A stretch of DNA of 64,000 nt. Origin: Squalus acanthias. Taxonomy: Eukaryota. Positions 1 through 12,545 of this stretch are shown piece by piece. Each line of letters opens with the position of its first letter. Position 1 is the first letter of the stretch. Position numbers and translations under genes: made by a program. The stretch covers positions 99,016,001-99,080,000 of the forward strand of contig CM059432.1 of the NCBI GenBank assembly GCA_030390025.1, written 5' to 3'. The notes under the pieces were generated by a model that was given only the letters and a program-made list of their open reading frames with translations, was not told the origin of the DNA and searched no databases.

Positions 1-1973
1 GCAGGGCTGCACCGCGCCGCAGGAGATACCCCCAACACAGGGTTTACAGGCAGAGGATGAGCTTCCTCAACATGAGTGAGCAGCAGTGACAAAGGAGCCT
101 GAGACTTTTGCGAGAGGTAGGGGGTGATTTTCTCAATGGGGAGCTTTTGGAGGCGGGACTCCCACTTGTCGGGTTTCAGTCCCGCCTCCATCAACTTCTG
201 GCCAACCCAGGCTATTTTCCCTTGATTGACCTTGTTAAGCCCAGCGGGCTTAGCAGGCCAATTAAGGGAAAGCCAGTTGCAGAGAACGTCAACGTATGAT
301 GTTTCATCTGTCAAAAACATTTGACAGATGAATTGTCATCGTTTGACAGCTCTATGAAGCTGTCAAACAGTGACATTCTCTGTAGTTTGATGAGGTCTTG
401 AATTCAAGACCTCATCAAACTTCTTTCTCTTACAGAATTGAGATGGTTGTTGCATCTGACAATGAAACGGCCATCTGTCATCTCCAACGCAGAGGTCCGA
501 GACTCTCCGCATACAAACCGACTGAAGCCTGCAGGAAGAAACAAAGGTACACTTTTACTAACACTTTGCACTTACCTCAGATACTCACCTCTACACCCTT
601 GCACCCAATAACTTACCTTCACAGCACACTTTTGCACCCCCCGACCCCGCAGACCCAGTACTCGCCTCGCTGACCTGGCGGGTTTCGGAGCCTTTGGGAA
701 GCCCGCACTTGTGAGGGCAAAAAGGGGATAATCCTATTTTCTGACTGTTAACTACCTGTTAACAGGCAGTTAATACGCTTTAATCCCTTCCCGCCTCCAA
801 GGGTATCGGACCCGGCGCGGGACGGCTACCCGCCTCCTGGCAAGATGGCATGGAGGTGAGTTGGGGGCGGGTTGTGCATCCGCCCCCAAATTCTGCATTT
901 TTCCCAGCAGTCCCGCCTTCATACATGCCTCCCCAGGGCTGGCAAAATCACTCCCGTAGTCGCTGACATCTGCACAATGCTGCACCAATACCTGGAGCCC
1001 AGAGGAGTGTGTGGACAATCCTTACCAGTGGCTGTCAAAGTCACCAACGCCCTAAACTTCTTTGCTTTGGGCTCCTTCCAGGGATCAGCTGCAGACATCA
1101 GCGGCATCTCCCAGTCGGCTGCACACACCTGCATCACGCAGGTTACCGATGCCCTCTTTGCAAAGTCGCACAATTACATCCACTTCTCCACGGATGAAGC
1201 AAATGTGACCGTGCATGCGGTTGGCTTTGTAAATATGGCAGGCTTCCCAAGGGTGCATGGCATCGTAGACTGCACACATGTGGCCATTAGGGCACCCCAT
1301 CACAACCCAGCTGTATTTGTTAACCGCAAGGGATTCCACTCCTTTAATGTCCAGCTGGTGTGTAACCACAGGAAGATCATCATGCATGTTTGCACAAAGT
1401 ACCCTGGCAGTTGCCATGACACCTTCATCCTGCGGCAGTCTACTGTGCCTCAGCTCTTCAATCCGCCAACGCAACTTTCCGGATGGCTACTTGGCGACAA
1501 GGGCTATCCCCTGAAAAGTGGCTCATGACACTGATGAGGAGGCCATCAAACGAGGCTGAGGAGCTGTACAATGTGAGCCACATTTCGACCAGAAGCATCA
1601 TCGAGCAAACCATCGGCTTGCTCAAAATGCGAGTCCAATGCCTCGACAGATCTGGTGGAGCCCTGTAGTATGCACCAGCCAGGGAGTCCAGAATCATCAT
1701 GGTCTGCAGTGCCCTGCACAACATCGCACAGCAGCGTGGCTTAGCGTTGCCTGAGGAACAAGTGGCTCAGCGCACAGCCTCCTCGGAAGAAGAGGACGAG
1801 GACGAGCAGGAGGACGAGAGGAGGACGAGGAGGAACATTAGGAGGAGGATGAGAGGAGGACGAGAAGCCATGCCTTGCGGAGCCGGATGTGGCCAACCCA
1901 GCAGCACTCGACCAAATTGCTGGCCATCAGGCAAGGGATGCATTCATTCATGCCAGATTCGCTTATGCTTTAA
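1..1973 (+). pseudogene. Harbinger (HARBI1-like) DDE transposase of copy A, disrupted
   Basis: Motifs [66 protein letters not shown] and an acidic tail. Broken by TGA at 87-89, the MITE at 120-955, a frameshift near 1515 and a stop at 1666-1668. Confidence 0.93.
120..955. mobile_element. Harbinger-type MITE family 1, copy 1
   Basis: TIRs GGGGGTGATTTT / AAAATCACTCCC and TSD GTA (117-119, 956-958). Removing it restores the transposase frame LRLLREV-VADIC. Confidence 0.93.
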
Positions 1974-2620
1974 CCACAGGTGGCTGGCAGATGGAGATGA
2001 ATGTCAGGACGAGCTTCTTAACATGCCATACATCATCTGTCCAATAAACGGTGCTTTCCTATCACTCTCACCACCATCATTACAAATGCAAGTAGCCCAG
2101 AGCCCTCACTGTGCAACTTCCATTTCTCAGCACATATAGGCCAAAAATTCAAATCTTTGCCATCACTTTTGTTTAATACAATCTGGATGACAAGCGGTAC
2201 TTTTTCATACAATAAAACACCCAAGTGACTACCCTTGTGAATATTTGTGTGTTAACTTCCTCTTATGAGTGTTTCTACGTGGTGCTTCCCCTGTGGCTTC
2301 AGCAGATGTAGAGGCACCTTGCTGCGCCAGCTTAGATGCCTTTGGCAGGCATCCTCTGGGTTTGGGAGCCTGGGAGGGCTCTGCAACAGTCTGCTCTTCC
2401 TGCGGCTGTGCAGGGGCTGAGACGGCCATCTCAGTTGGGTGCCGAATCTGGGGCTCTGACTGAGGGCTCCGCAGTGGCATGGTCGTGTGAGCGCTTGGAG
2501 AGGAGCCCGCACTTCCTTGTTGTCGGCCACCAACATCCCTCCCATGGGTCACCTGCACTTCACTGCTAGCAAGTGGCTTGAGAGCACCTTGTTGCACAGC
2601 AGTGGGGCCATGAGGACTCT

Positions 2621-5392
2621 GGTAGGCCAGAGGATTGGGAAATTTTTAGAGGATGACTAAAAAAATTATAAAGAGGGAGACAATAGAGTATGAGAGTAAA
2701 CTAGCAAGTAATATAAAAACAGACAGTAAGAGTTCTACAGGTATATAAAAGGGAAGAGAGTAGTTAAAGTAAACGTTGGTCCCTTAGAGGATGAGACTGG
2801 GGAATTAATAATGGGAAATAGAGGAATGGCAGAGACGCTAAACAATTATTTTGGATCGGTCTTCATGGTAGAAGACACTAAAAACATCCCAATAATAATA
2901 GATAATCAAGGGGCTATATAGAGAGGGAGGAACTTAAAACAATCTCTATCACTAGAGAAAAAGTACTAGGCAAACTAATGGGGCTAAAGGCTGACAAGTC
3001 CCCTGGACCTGATAGTCTGCATCCTAGGGTCTTAAAATAAGTGGCTGCAGAGATAGTGGATGCGTTGGTTGTAATCTATCAAAATTCCCTGGATTATGGA
3101 GAGGTCCCAGTAGATTGGAAAACCGCAAATGTAACGCCACTATTCAAGAAAGGAGGGAGACAGAAAGCAGGAAACTATAGGCCAGTTAGCCTAACATCCG
3201 TCATTGGAAAATGCTGGAATCCATTATTAAGGAGGTAATAGCAGGACATTTAGAAAATCATAAGACTATCAAGCAGAGTCAACATGATTTTATGAAAGGG
3301 AAATCGTGTTTGACAAATTTGCTAGAGTTATTTGAGGATGTAACAAACAGGGTGGATAAAGGGGAACCAGTAGATGTAGTGTATTTGGATTTCCAGAAGG
3401 CGTTCGATAACGTGCCACATAAAAGATTATTGCACAAGATAAGAGCGCATGGGGTTGGGGGTAATATATTGGCATGGATAGGGGATTGGCTAACTAACAG
3501 AAAACAGAGAGTCTGCATAAATGGGTCATTTTCCAGTTGGCAATCAGTAACTAGTGGGGTGCCACAGGGATCAGTGCTGGGGCCTCAACTATTTGCAATC
3601 TATATTAATAGTTAATAATTTGAATGAAGGGACCGAGTGTACTGTAGCCAAATTTGCTGATGATACAAAGATAGGTGGGTTAGCAAGTTGTGAGGAGATA
3701 ACACAAAGGGTTGGATTTTGTCAATGGGGACGTGATGGAGGCGGGACTCCCACTTTTGGGTTGTAGTCCCACCTCCATTGACTTGTGGCCAACCCATTGT
3801 ATTTTCCCTTGATTGACCTTGTTAAGCCCGCCCAGCTTGGATACAGGTGACGTCAGCCATTGAAATTTCATCTGTCAAGAGCTTTTGAAATTTCAACATT
3901 TGACAGCTCTGTGAAGCTGTCAAACACTGACAATATGATTTCTAACGTGAGTCCCTGTACTTAGACTCAGTTAGAAATCAATCCAGCACAGAAAGCAGAG
4001 ACTGCAGCTTTTGACAGCTCCGCTGCCATTCTGCTTTCTGTGCCGGTGAGCTGAGGGACTCCCGAGAACTGAAGGAAGGAAGCCTGCAGGACAAAGTTAA
4101 GGTAAGTACAAGTTCTTAAAACACTTTACACACACCAAACACACTTACCTCTGCACTCATGCACCGATCACTCACCTGCACAACAGACATCTCGACCCCT
4201 CCAAGCCCTCCAGACCGACGGTCTGCCTCGCTAAATCGGCGTGGTTCGGACCTGTCGGGAAGCCCTTCAGGGCTAAAAATAGGGATTAGGCAAAAAACTG
4301 CCTGTTAACCACCTGTTAACAGGCAGTTTATTGGCACTAATCCCCTTCCCACCTCGGGGAGGCAGGTCCCAGCACAGGTCGGGTACCCGCCTCCTGTAAA
4401 ACTGGCATGGAGGCGGGTTGGGGGCGGGATGGGTTCGGGACCCCCGAATCTGCTATTTTCCCACCCCATACGCCTCCAAACCCGCCTCCACGGGCCAGTG
4501 AAAATTGAGCCCAAAGAGTCTGCAAAGGGATATAGATAGGTTAAGTGAGTGGGCAAAAATTTGGCAGATGGAGTATAATGTGGAAAAATATGAGGTTATC
4601 CACTTTGGAAGGAAGAATAAAAAAGCAAATTATTATTTAAATGGAGTGAGACTACAAAATACTGCGGTACAAAGGGATCTGGGGGTCCTAGTACATGAAA
4701 CACAAAAACTTAGCATGCAGGTACAGCAAGTAATTAGGAAGGCTAATGGAATGTTGGCCTTTATTGCAAGGGGTATGGAGTATAAAAGTAGGGAAGTTTT
4801 GATGCAACTTTACAGGGCGCTGGTGAGACCGCACCTGGAGTACTGCGTACAGTTTTGGTCTCCATATTTAAGGAAGGATATACTTGCATTGGAGGCAGTG
4901 CAGAGAAGGTTCACTCGATTGATTCCTGGGATGAAGTGGTTGACGTATGACGAAAGGTTGAGCAGGTTGGGCCTATACTCATTGGAGTTTAGAAGAATGA
5001 GAGGTGATCTTATTGAAACATTTAAGATTCTGAGGGGGATTGACAGGGTGGATGCTGAGAGGATGTTTCCCTAGTGGGGGTATCTAGAACTAGGGGGCAG
5101 AGCTTCAGAATAAGGGGTCGCCCATTTAAGACGGAGATGAGGAGTAATTTCTTCTCTCAGATGGTCATGAATCTTTGGAATTCTCTACGCCAGAGAGCTG
5201 TGGAGGCGGAGTCATAGAATATATTCAAGGCGGAGATTGACAGACATTTGAACTACAAGGGAGTCAAGGGGTATGGGGAGAGAGCGGGAAAGTGGTGTTG
5301 AGGCCAAGATTGGATCAGCCATGATCTTATTAAATGGCGGAACAGGCTCGAGGGGTCGATTGGCCTACTCCTGCTCCTGTTTCTTCTGTCTC
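2621..5392 (+). mobile_element. 5'-truncated CR1 (HER1-like) LINE, RT region pseudogenised
   Basis: [50 protein letters not shown] and the CR1 3' UTR (GGCCTACTCCTGCTCC). Inserted in Myb exon 3 and interrupted by the MITE at 3708-4512. Confidence 0.93.
3708..4512. mobile_element. Harbinger-type MITE family 2, copy 1
   Basis: TIRs GGGTTGGATTTT / AAAATTGAGCCC and TSD AAA (3705-3707, 4513-4515). Splits the CR1 RT just after FADD. Confidence 0.9.
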
Positions 5393-7176
5393 TATACTGA
5401 CAGTCCTCAAAACGGGGACGTCCATGTACCTCTGGTGTCTCTCTTCAATAGATGTCCATCTATTCTCCATAGCAGACCATGTATTTAGAAGAGTCACCAT
5501 GCTTTATTGAGTCTAGCGACTTATGTCCTCCAAGGAGGTTGCCACCCTCTCCATGGTGGCACGTTCATGCGCCATTGCCTCCACCATGGCATTGCTCATG
5601 TTTGAGATGGACTCCTCCATTCTCTGCATACTCACAGTTACTGTGGATGCAAAACCTGCCAGAGACTCCTGCACTTGTTGCTGAAGTTCCAGCACCGCTC
5701 TCTTTATGGATGGCCCCAGAGGCACAGCGTCTGCATACAGCTGAGCAGAGCTAGGAGAGTCCTGCGACCTCCGACGAGGACTCTCCACTGCTGTGGCTGT
5801 CTCCACCATCTGCTGCTGCTCACTTGTGAGCTGTGATACACCAGGTGACAACACTACTCTATGTGGCGATGGACCCACCGAGGTGTGCGTCTCTGTGCTG
5901 GTGCTGGGTGCGCTGAGTTCTTGAGACGCTGTTCCCTCAGAGGCTGCAGGCTCCTCTGAGGAGTTGTCTTCCTCTTCCTCCTGGACAGTGGGGAGGGGGA
6001 CTCTCGATGTTCCTGTGGGAGAGTAAAGGTATGAGTTAGACATCTGATATTTAGATAGCAGACACATCCTATTGTGCAGATGATCAAAAGTCAATCTCAA
6101 TGAACATCATCTGCCATTTCAGTCAATCATGAAATGTAAATGAGAGGGTTTAAAATCTATTCTGTCACCAGCTTCATCTAATGCGCCCATCTCTCTGTCC
6201 TCCAATTCCAGCTCCTCGCCACCACCCACGATCCCCTGAGCAGCCTCCTCAGCGCTAGTCAATGTCGCAAGGGATGGTGGCCCTCCTCCTGTCTTCGCTC
6301 TCTCCCTCTTATTGTGGGTTATCTTTTCCTGCAAGAGGGACACAAGTTGAGATTCATCAAGATTGATGGAGTGAGTGTGAAGAATCCATAACATAGAAGC
6401 TTAGAGGGAGGCCACGATGGAGTGGGGTGCCAAGAGGAAGGAGCCACCCTGTGCATTGTTAGTTGTTATCATTGCATAACAGCGAGAGCAAGTGTGAGGG
6501 GTGCAGAGTAGGATGGTGAAGTGATTCAGTACATAGAGAGAGAGGGATAGTTAAGGGTGCAAGGGAAGTAAGGGTAAGGTGGGATGTGGAGGAGCAGGCT
6601 GACAATGCAGAGTGCTGCTGATGAGAAGAGAAGGGAAGCAGAGTGAAGGTAAGTGTGATGTGATACTCACTTTTGAAGAGCGCAGAAGATCATTGAAGCG
6701 TTTTCAGCACTGGACACATGTGTGAGCAAACTGACCTTGCGCTGACCTCCTCAGCAATTCGCAGCTAGGCTGCCTTTGTTTGCTGAGGAGGCTTCCTCCG
6801 GCCATCGCGAGGGAACAGGATGTCCCTGCGCCCTCTTAGTCCCTCCACAAGAGCTTGGAGGGAGTCTTCAGCAAACCTTAGAGAAGCCTTTGTCCTTGCA
6901 GCAGTCATAATGAGCTGGACGATTCCCAAAGCAGCAGAAAGGAAATGAGAAGCTAAGGCTACATGAAGCCCTTTAAAAACAACAGAATGAGTGACATCAG
7001 CAGAGGCGAGCAGAGACCCGCTCCCACTCATTGGGCTGCGTAGCGTGCATGGTGGGCTTAATGAGCCCACTTAACTCAAAATCTAGATTGAGGAGCGGCT
7101 GAAACCAGCAGCGGGACCGGAACCCACCCACCAGGCAACCCGACTCCAACCCGCCTCCTCCATTAAATTCGCGGCC

Positions 7177-7720
7177 AGGAAGTTTAAGTTAGAGTGAGTG
7201 AATTCAATGGTCAAATCAGGTACAGAAAGTGAAATAAGGAGAAGAAAAGAAAGATTGGATTAAGAGAGAGAAAAAAGAGACAGAAAGAAAAAGTTTTAAA
7301 ATTTACATTTAAAAAAAATCCCCAACAACAATTAAAAGCTGAAAGAATGAGACCACACAGTTGTAAAGGTTAATTTTCAGTGCGAGAGAGATTGTTCAGC
7401 AGCAATTAAGACTTATCACGCCATTAAAACAGGATACTTAGGCTGAAATAGACAAGCCCTAACTTTCTGTGGCGAGCTTAGTCTGTATCTACCATGCAAG
7501 AACAGGAAGTGCACGTCGTTCAACACATTTGAATGGGGAGCCAGACAGTGAGATGCTGTTTTTGCGCAGTTTATGGAGGAGCAACGCATCTTGGACAGCA
7601 ACTTCTGGCATTTGATGTTTAACTGCGCATCTGCACTCGCTGGAAGTTGCTGTCCGATTTGTGCATAAATAACGGTGAGCGCCGTTCGCCTCACCGTTAG
7701 TTTTACTATAAATTCTGGCC
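7177..7720. mobile_element. Right part of a Harbinger-type non-autonomous element, probably the target of copy A
   Basis: Ends in AAATTCTGGCC (7710-7720), the same terminus type as the other MITEs. No left end is visible. Confidence 0.45.
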
Positions 7721-8527
7721 AATTATTGTTATTTATACAAGCACTATTAAAATGTTATTAGTATTTTCTGCACTCTAATGCAAAATTGTTTGTTCTATTT
7801 AGTTGCACCATGTTATGATGTGCTGTTAATTTAAATACATAACTTTTATTGTGCAGAAGAAACTGCTACACATTTGCACATGGTTCTGGTTAGACATTTT
7901 CGTGATGCCAAGAAGGATTGGTCAAGTGCAATGTTGTGGATCCAAAGCCATTACCCAGGTTGTTAGGTTTTCATAAATGTTAATTAGAAATCTTAGCAAG
8001 TGTCAGAAAAGTCTTGCTGGTCTCTTGCCCCATTGGAAATACTTTTTGTTGTTCTTCCTAGTTTAGGGCAATGTGCTTAATCAGTAGAGTTAAAGATGAC
8101 TTTCAGATGATAGTTATGTTCTAATGTAAAATAACTAGAGATCGTAGCTTATAAAATATTTCATAAATCACAGCCATGAATTGATTTAAAGAGTATTATT
8201 TGCGGCAAGTTTTCCTGTGAGACCAATAACGGTTCTTCAAATTCAGCTTAGTTGAATGTTGAATTATTTAACACTGATAAAATATTAAGTGACGTTCTAA
8301 TAGTAGACGTCTAGTACATGTGAGTATTATGGGAAACTCCTGAAAATCAATGTGCAAAATAATTTACTCACCTGTTAACAAATTTATTCTTTTTTATTGC
8401 AATAACAAAATTACATTTTTTTAAATCATGCTTTTTTCAACCACACATATACCTAAAGTGAATTTCATGCAATGATTCAAGAACTTTAACATATAAAACA
8501 ATTAATCCATGAAATTTTTGTATCTAT

Positions 8528-9373
8528 GGGCGCGATTTTGCCAGTCCTGGGGAGGCGGGTATGGAGGCGGGACTGCTGGGAAAAAGACAGAATTTGGGGG
8601 CGGGTACCCATCCCGCCCCCAACCCTGCCTCCGTGCCATCTTCCCAGGAGGCGGGTACCCGACCCGCGCCGAGTCCCGTCTCCTTGGAGGCGGGAAGGGA
8701 TTACAGCCACTTAACTGCCTGTTAACAGGTAGTTAACAGGCAGATAAGAGGATTATCCCCATTTTACCCACAAAAGTGCGGGCTTCCTGAAGGTTGTGGA
8801 TCCCGCCAGGGTCACCGAGGCGAGTAGTGGGTCTGCGGGGGTCTGCGGGGTGCAAAAGTGCTGCTGTGAAGGTAAGTGATGGGTGCAGTGTGGAGAGGTG
8901 AGTATGTGAGGTAAGTGGAAAGTGTTAGAAAAAGTTTACTTACCTTTGTTTCTTCCTGCAGGCTTCAATCGTTGGGTATGCGGAGAGTCTCGCACCTCCG
9001 CGGCAGAGATGACAGAAGGCTGCTGCATTCTCCAATGCAACAACCATCTAATTTCTGCAAAAGAAAGCGGTTTGATGAGTCTTGAATTCAAGAACTCATC
9101 AAACTACAGAGAATGTCAGTGTTTGACAGCTTCACAGAGCTGTCAAACGATGACAATTCATCTGTCAAAAATTTTTCACAGATGAAACGTCATACGCTGA
9201 CATTCTCTGTAACTGGCTTTCCCTTAATTGGCCTGCTAAACCCGCTGGGCGGGCTTAACAAGGTCAATCAAGGGAAAATAGCGTGGGTTGGCCACAAATT
9301 GATGGAGGCGGGACATCAACCCGACAAGCAGCAGTCCCGCCTCCAACGCACCCCCATTGGCAAGATCACGCCC
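8528..9373. mobile_element. MITE family 1, copy 2 (inverted relative to copy 1)
   Basis: Reverse-complement homology to 120-955 along its length. Ends GGGCGCGATTTTG / CAAGATCACGCCC. Confidence 0.92.
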
Positions 9374-9741
9374 ATATCAGTCTGAGAATATACAACCCTT
9401 CATTGCCAATGTGTCATTTGTTTTTTATTAGACAAATTATATAGCACACATTGCAGATTTTGTTTTCAGCTTTCCTTATAAAATATTGAAAACTAAAAGT
9501 AAATGGAAGTTGACAACATTTATTCATGTGTCTCCCAAATACAACATCTAGGTGGATCTTCCCTGAGTCAGCTCTTTATTCAGCAGACACGTGAGGCTAT
9601 CAGGGATAGATGCTCTACCCTTCAATCTATGGAAGCTCCAGGCACTCAGATTAATGCTGAGATTTTCCCCGATGGGCATTCTGATCTCACAGTTTAACAT
9701 TCTGTCCTTCCTCTAACAGATGATTGAGACTAAAAGATCAG

Positions 9742-10305
9742 GGGGGGAAAATTGGGTGGTGCCCATTTTGGGACGCTAACGTTGCCGGGGCACTGCGCAT
9801 GCATGGCGGCATGTAGCGCCGCTTCATTGCAGGCCTCCTGGGGATTAAAGGCGAGGGGCTTAGTGCTGCGCGCACCGGAGAGCGGGGTTCCGTGAAACTC
9901 AAGAGGAGTGCCGGGCTGAGCGATTGATTCTGGAACCCTGCATAAAAAAGTGAAAGGGGGCAGGTGCTGGCAATTGGCCAAAATTAAAATGGCCGCCCGA
10001 CACCTGCCCTTTAAGTAGTGCCGCTGCCACTGCAAAAGCGCCCCCTGATCCTGTTAGACCTATCGTCCAGCGATAGGTCAGGGGGCGCAAGGGAAGTTTG
10101 CGGCCGGGGCGCTGCGCACGGCGATGACATCATCACCGGAGGTGCAGCGGCACGGGTCACTACCAGCTACTGCTGCTGCTAACCTCCCGCTGAATTTCGC
10201 AGGAGGCATTAGCGGCGCTGCGCCCGGGCGCTAGGTGATTTGCGTCCCCATTAGCACCCCCAGGGGGCGCTAACGAGAAGCGCAAACCAACCCACTTTTT
10301 CCCCC
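9742..10305. mobile_element. GC-rich Harbinger-type MITE (family 5)
   Basis: Ends GGGGGGAAAATT / ACTTTTTCCCCC, flanked by CAG/CAG. Terminal regions resemble 30230-31123 in inverted orientation. Confidence 0.75.
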
Positions 10306-10714
10306 CAGCATTTCAAGCATTCTCCAGACTTATGGATTGACATTCAAGACCTGGACTGATACTTATTTTGCTCTCAGCTGCTGCTTCAGATCCTGTTGTG
10401 TATTTTCTTAAAACTAGATAATCTTATTACCATTAGCATGTTGTTAATGTAATTTTGCAATGGGGAAAATCATCTGAGACAGTCTCACATTACATGGAGA
10501 AACGTCACTTAATTTGGTTAGGTTGGCAAAGAATTAAGGTTTTAGCAGCAAAGATCAGCTCTGGCATATAATACAAGTTGCATGTAAACATTAAAATGGA
10601 TTTACTAAGTCATGATTTATTATAAATGTGAGAATTGCAACCAATCAATTACACCAAGTGATCTGTTGTAGTGATTCTTCACTCAGTATCTTACCAACTA
10701 AACTCATCACACAA

Positions 10715-11510
10715 AATGACACCACAGAAACAGACCAATTGGCTCAGCTGGTCTCTGTCGGTATTTATCCTCACACCTTACTTCATCTAACACTATTAAC
10801 ATTCTTCTGTTCATTTCTCTGTCATTCACTTATCTGTCTTCCCCTTAAATACATCGATGCTATTCACATCAACTACTCCATGTGGTAGCAAGTTCCACAT
10901 GGGAACACCACCACCTCCAAGTTCCCCTCCAAGTCACCCACCATCCTGACTTAGAAGTATATCGCTGATCCTTCATCAGTCGCTGGGTCAAAATCCTGGA
11001 ACTCCCTCCCTAGCAGCACTGTGGCAGTACCTTCACCACACGGACTGCAGCGGTTCAAGAAGGCGGCTCACCATCACCTTCTCAAGGGCAACTAGGGATG
11101 GGCAATAAATGCTGGCATTGCCAGCGACGCCCATATCCCATAAACGAATAAAAAAAAAATTCTAACCACTCTCTGGGTAAAGAAGTGTCTCCTGAATTCC
11201 TTATTGGATTTATTAGTGACTATCTTATATTCTGGAGAAAAGAGCCCCAGCCTCTTCAGTCTTTCCTGATAGTTATAACCTTGCAGTTCTGGTATTATCC
11301 TTGTAAATCTTTTTGGTACCTTCTCCAGTGCCTCTATATTCTTTTTGTAATATGGAGACCAGAACTGTGCACAGTACTCCAAGTGCAGTCTAACCAAGGT
11401 TCTGTACAAGTTTAACATAACTTCTCTGCTTTTCAGTTCTATTCCTCTAGAAATGAACCTTAGTAACTTGTTTGAATTTTTTATGGCATTGTTAACCTGC
11501 ATTGCTACTT
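10715..11510 (-). mobile_element. Old CR1 3' fragment with a nested LINE-B 3' end
   Basis: Minus-strand ORF LYRTLVRLHLEYCAQFWSPY...FFTQRVV. Confidence 0.85.
10901..11159 (+). mobile_element. 3' end of second CR1-group LINE family (LINE-B) with A-tail
   Basis: Matches 20590-20845 (GGTCAAAATCCTGGAACTCCCTCCC...AATAAATGCTGGC) and ends in poly-A. Confidence 0.85.
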
Positions 11511-12545
11511 TTGTTTACATTATGCTTCGATGTTTTGCATACCCTGTGATGAAGTCTGGCACCCTGATTACTACTGGGCAACAACTGATGAGCTGAATTA
11601 AAAAACTTAATTCATCTCTAAAAATGTGTAATCCATTCATTGATTTGATTATTTAGAGTATCTAGAAACTGCAACAACACATGAAAATTTTGCTTAATTG
11701 TTATTCAAATGAAGTGTGAGCTCACAAATGAGTATTTAAGAACTATTCACTAAACTTCACTGATCTGTGAGGTAACAGTTGCAAATTAAATTGCAAAAGA
11801 TTTACACTACTTGGGGACATTTTCAACTTCAGCACTCAGAGCACGTATCAAGAATTTGAACACATGCTCCCACACCCACCCCCCAAATCTCCATCCAATT
11901 GATTGACAGCAGCTTCTTACTACAGAGAGGGATTAGAGCCAGAAGAAGCTAGAATCAGTGTTGTCACAATGTTATTATGTATAGGGACCTTTAAAATCAG
12001 ATTTTACCAATTTCCACCAAGAAATTCCCTGATTTTTTTGGATGATGTGTCAGTAAAAGTTGATTATAACCCAAATTTGAGAAGAAAATCCCAAATTTCC
12101 CATTGTTTTCCAAGCAAAAATGAGGTTCAGAGATACATGTACATCACATTCGTAATGTCAAGATGCATGTGAATAGCATTAATAATGACTACAGCTATGC
12201 TATTATCAAAGTGGATACAATGATCGCAGTAAACCATTCACAGCACTTACTATTTCATATTTCAGTCGGCTATTAAAAAATATTTGTGCTTCACTATTCT
12301 ATGGTAGCGGTGTGCTACTTTAAACATTAAATTTAGCAATCAACATTTTGCAGTGTACAACCCATTCACAAATGTCAGAAATATATCTTAGTGCTAAAAT
12401 AAATTGACTATTTTGTGATCATGGAAACTTATATTATAATTACGTTACTTTTGGAAGTGCCATGAAGGACCATAAAAGTGGTGTCTGTGAACTGTGTAAA
12501 TAATTGTCAGTTGTCATTTAGCTTAACTGTGCCTTGTTAGTCTCT

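Larger units (their letters stand above)
2229..6908 (-). pseudogene. Myb/SANT-like DNA-binding protein gene of Harbinger A (3 exons)
   Basis: Exon 1 from ATG 6908 (MTAARTKASLRF...) to a GTGAGT donor near 6670. Exon 2 ~6328-6168 (EKITHNKRERAKTGGGPP). Exon 3 ~6012-5395 and 2620-2229, split by a CR1. In-frame TAG at 6765-6767. Confidence 0.85.
1..7176. mobile_element. PIF/Harbinger DNA transposon copy A (left end outside window), carrying nested MITEs and a CR1
   Basis: DDE transposase on + (1-1973) converges on a spliced Myb-like gene on - (6908-2229). Right end ...CCCGCCTCC...ATTAAATTCGCGGCC at ~7176 matches the GG-N5-AATT terminus seen in the other elements. Confidence 0.85.

Noticed and set aside
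872..1528. 218-aa ORF as the host HARBI1 gene
   Set aside because: Its N-terminus comes from a MITE. The gene has stops and frameshifts and sits in a transposon with a Myb partner, so it is a TE copy.
7857..7958. Candidate host exon (TGCAG|...CCAG|GTTGTT, 102 nt)
   Set aside because: Weak donor, no recognisable protein and no partner exons.
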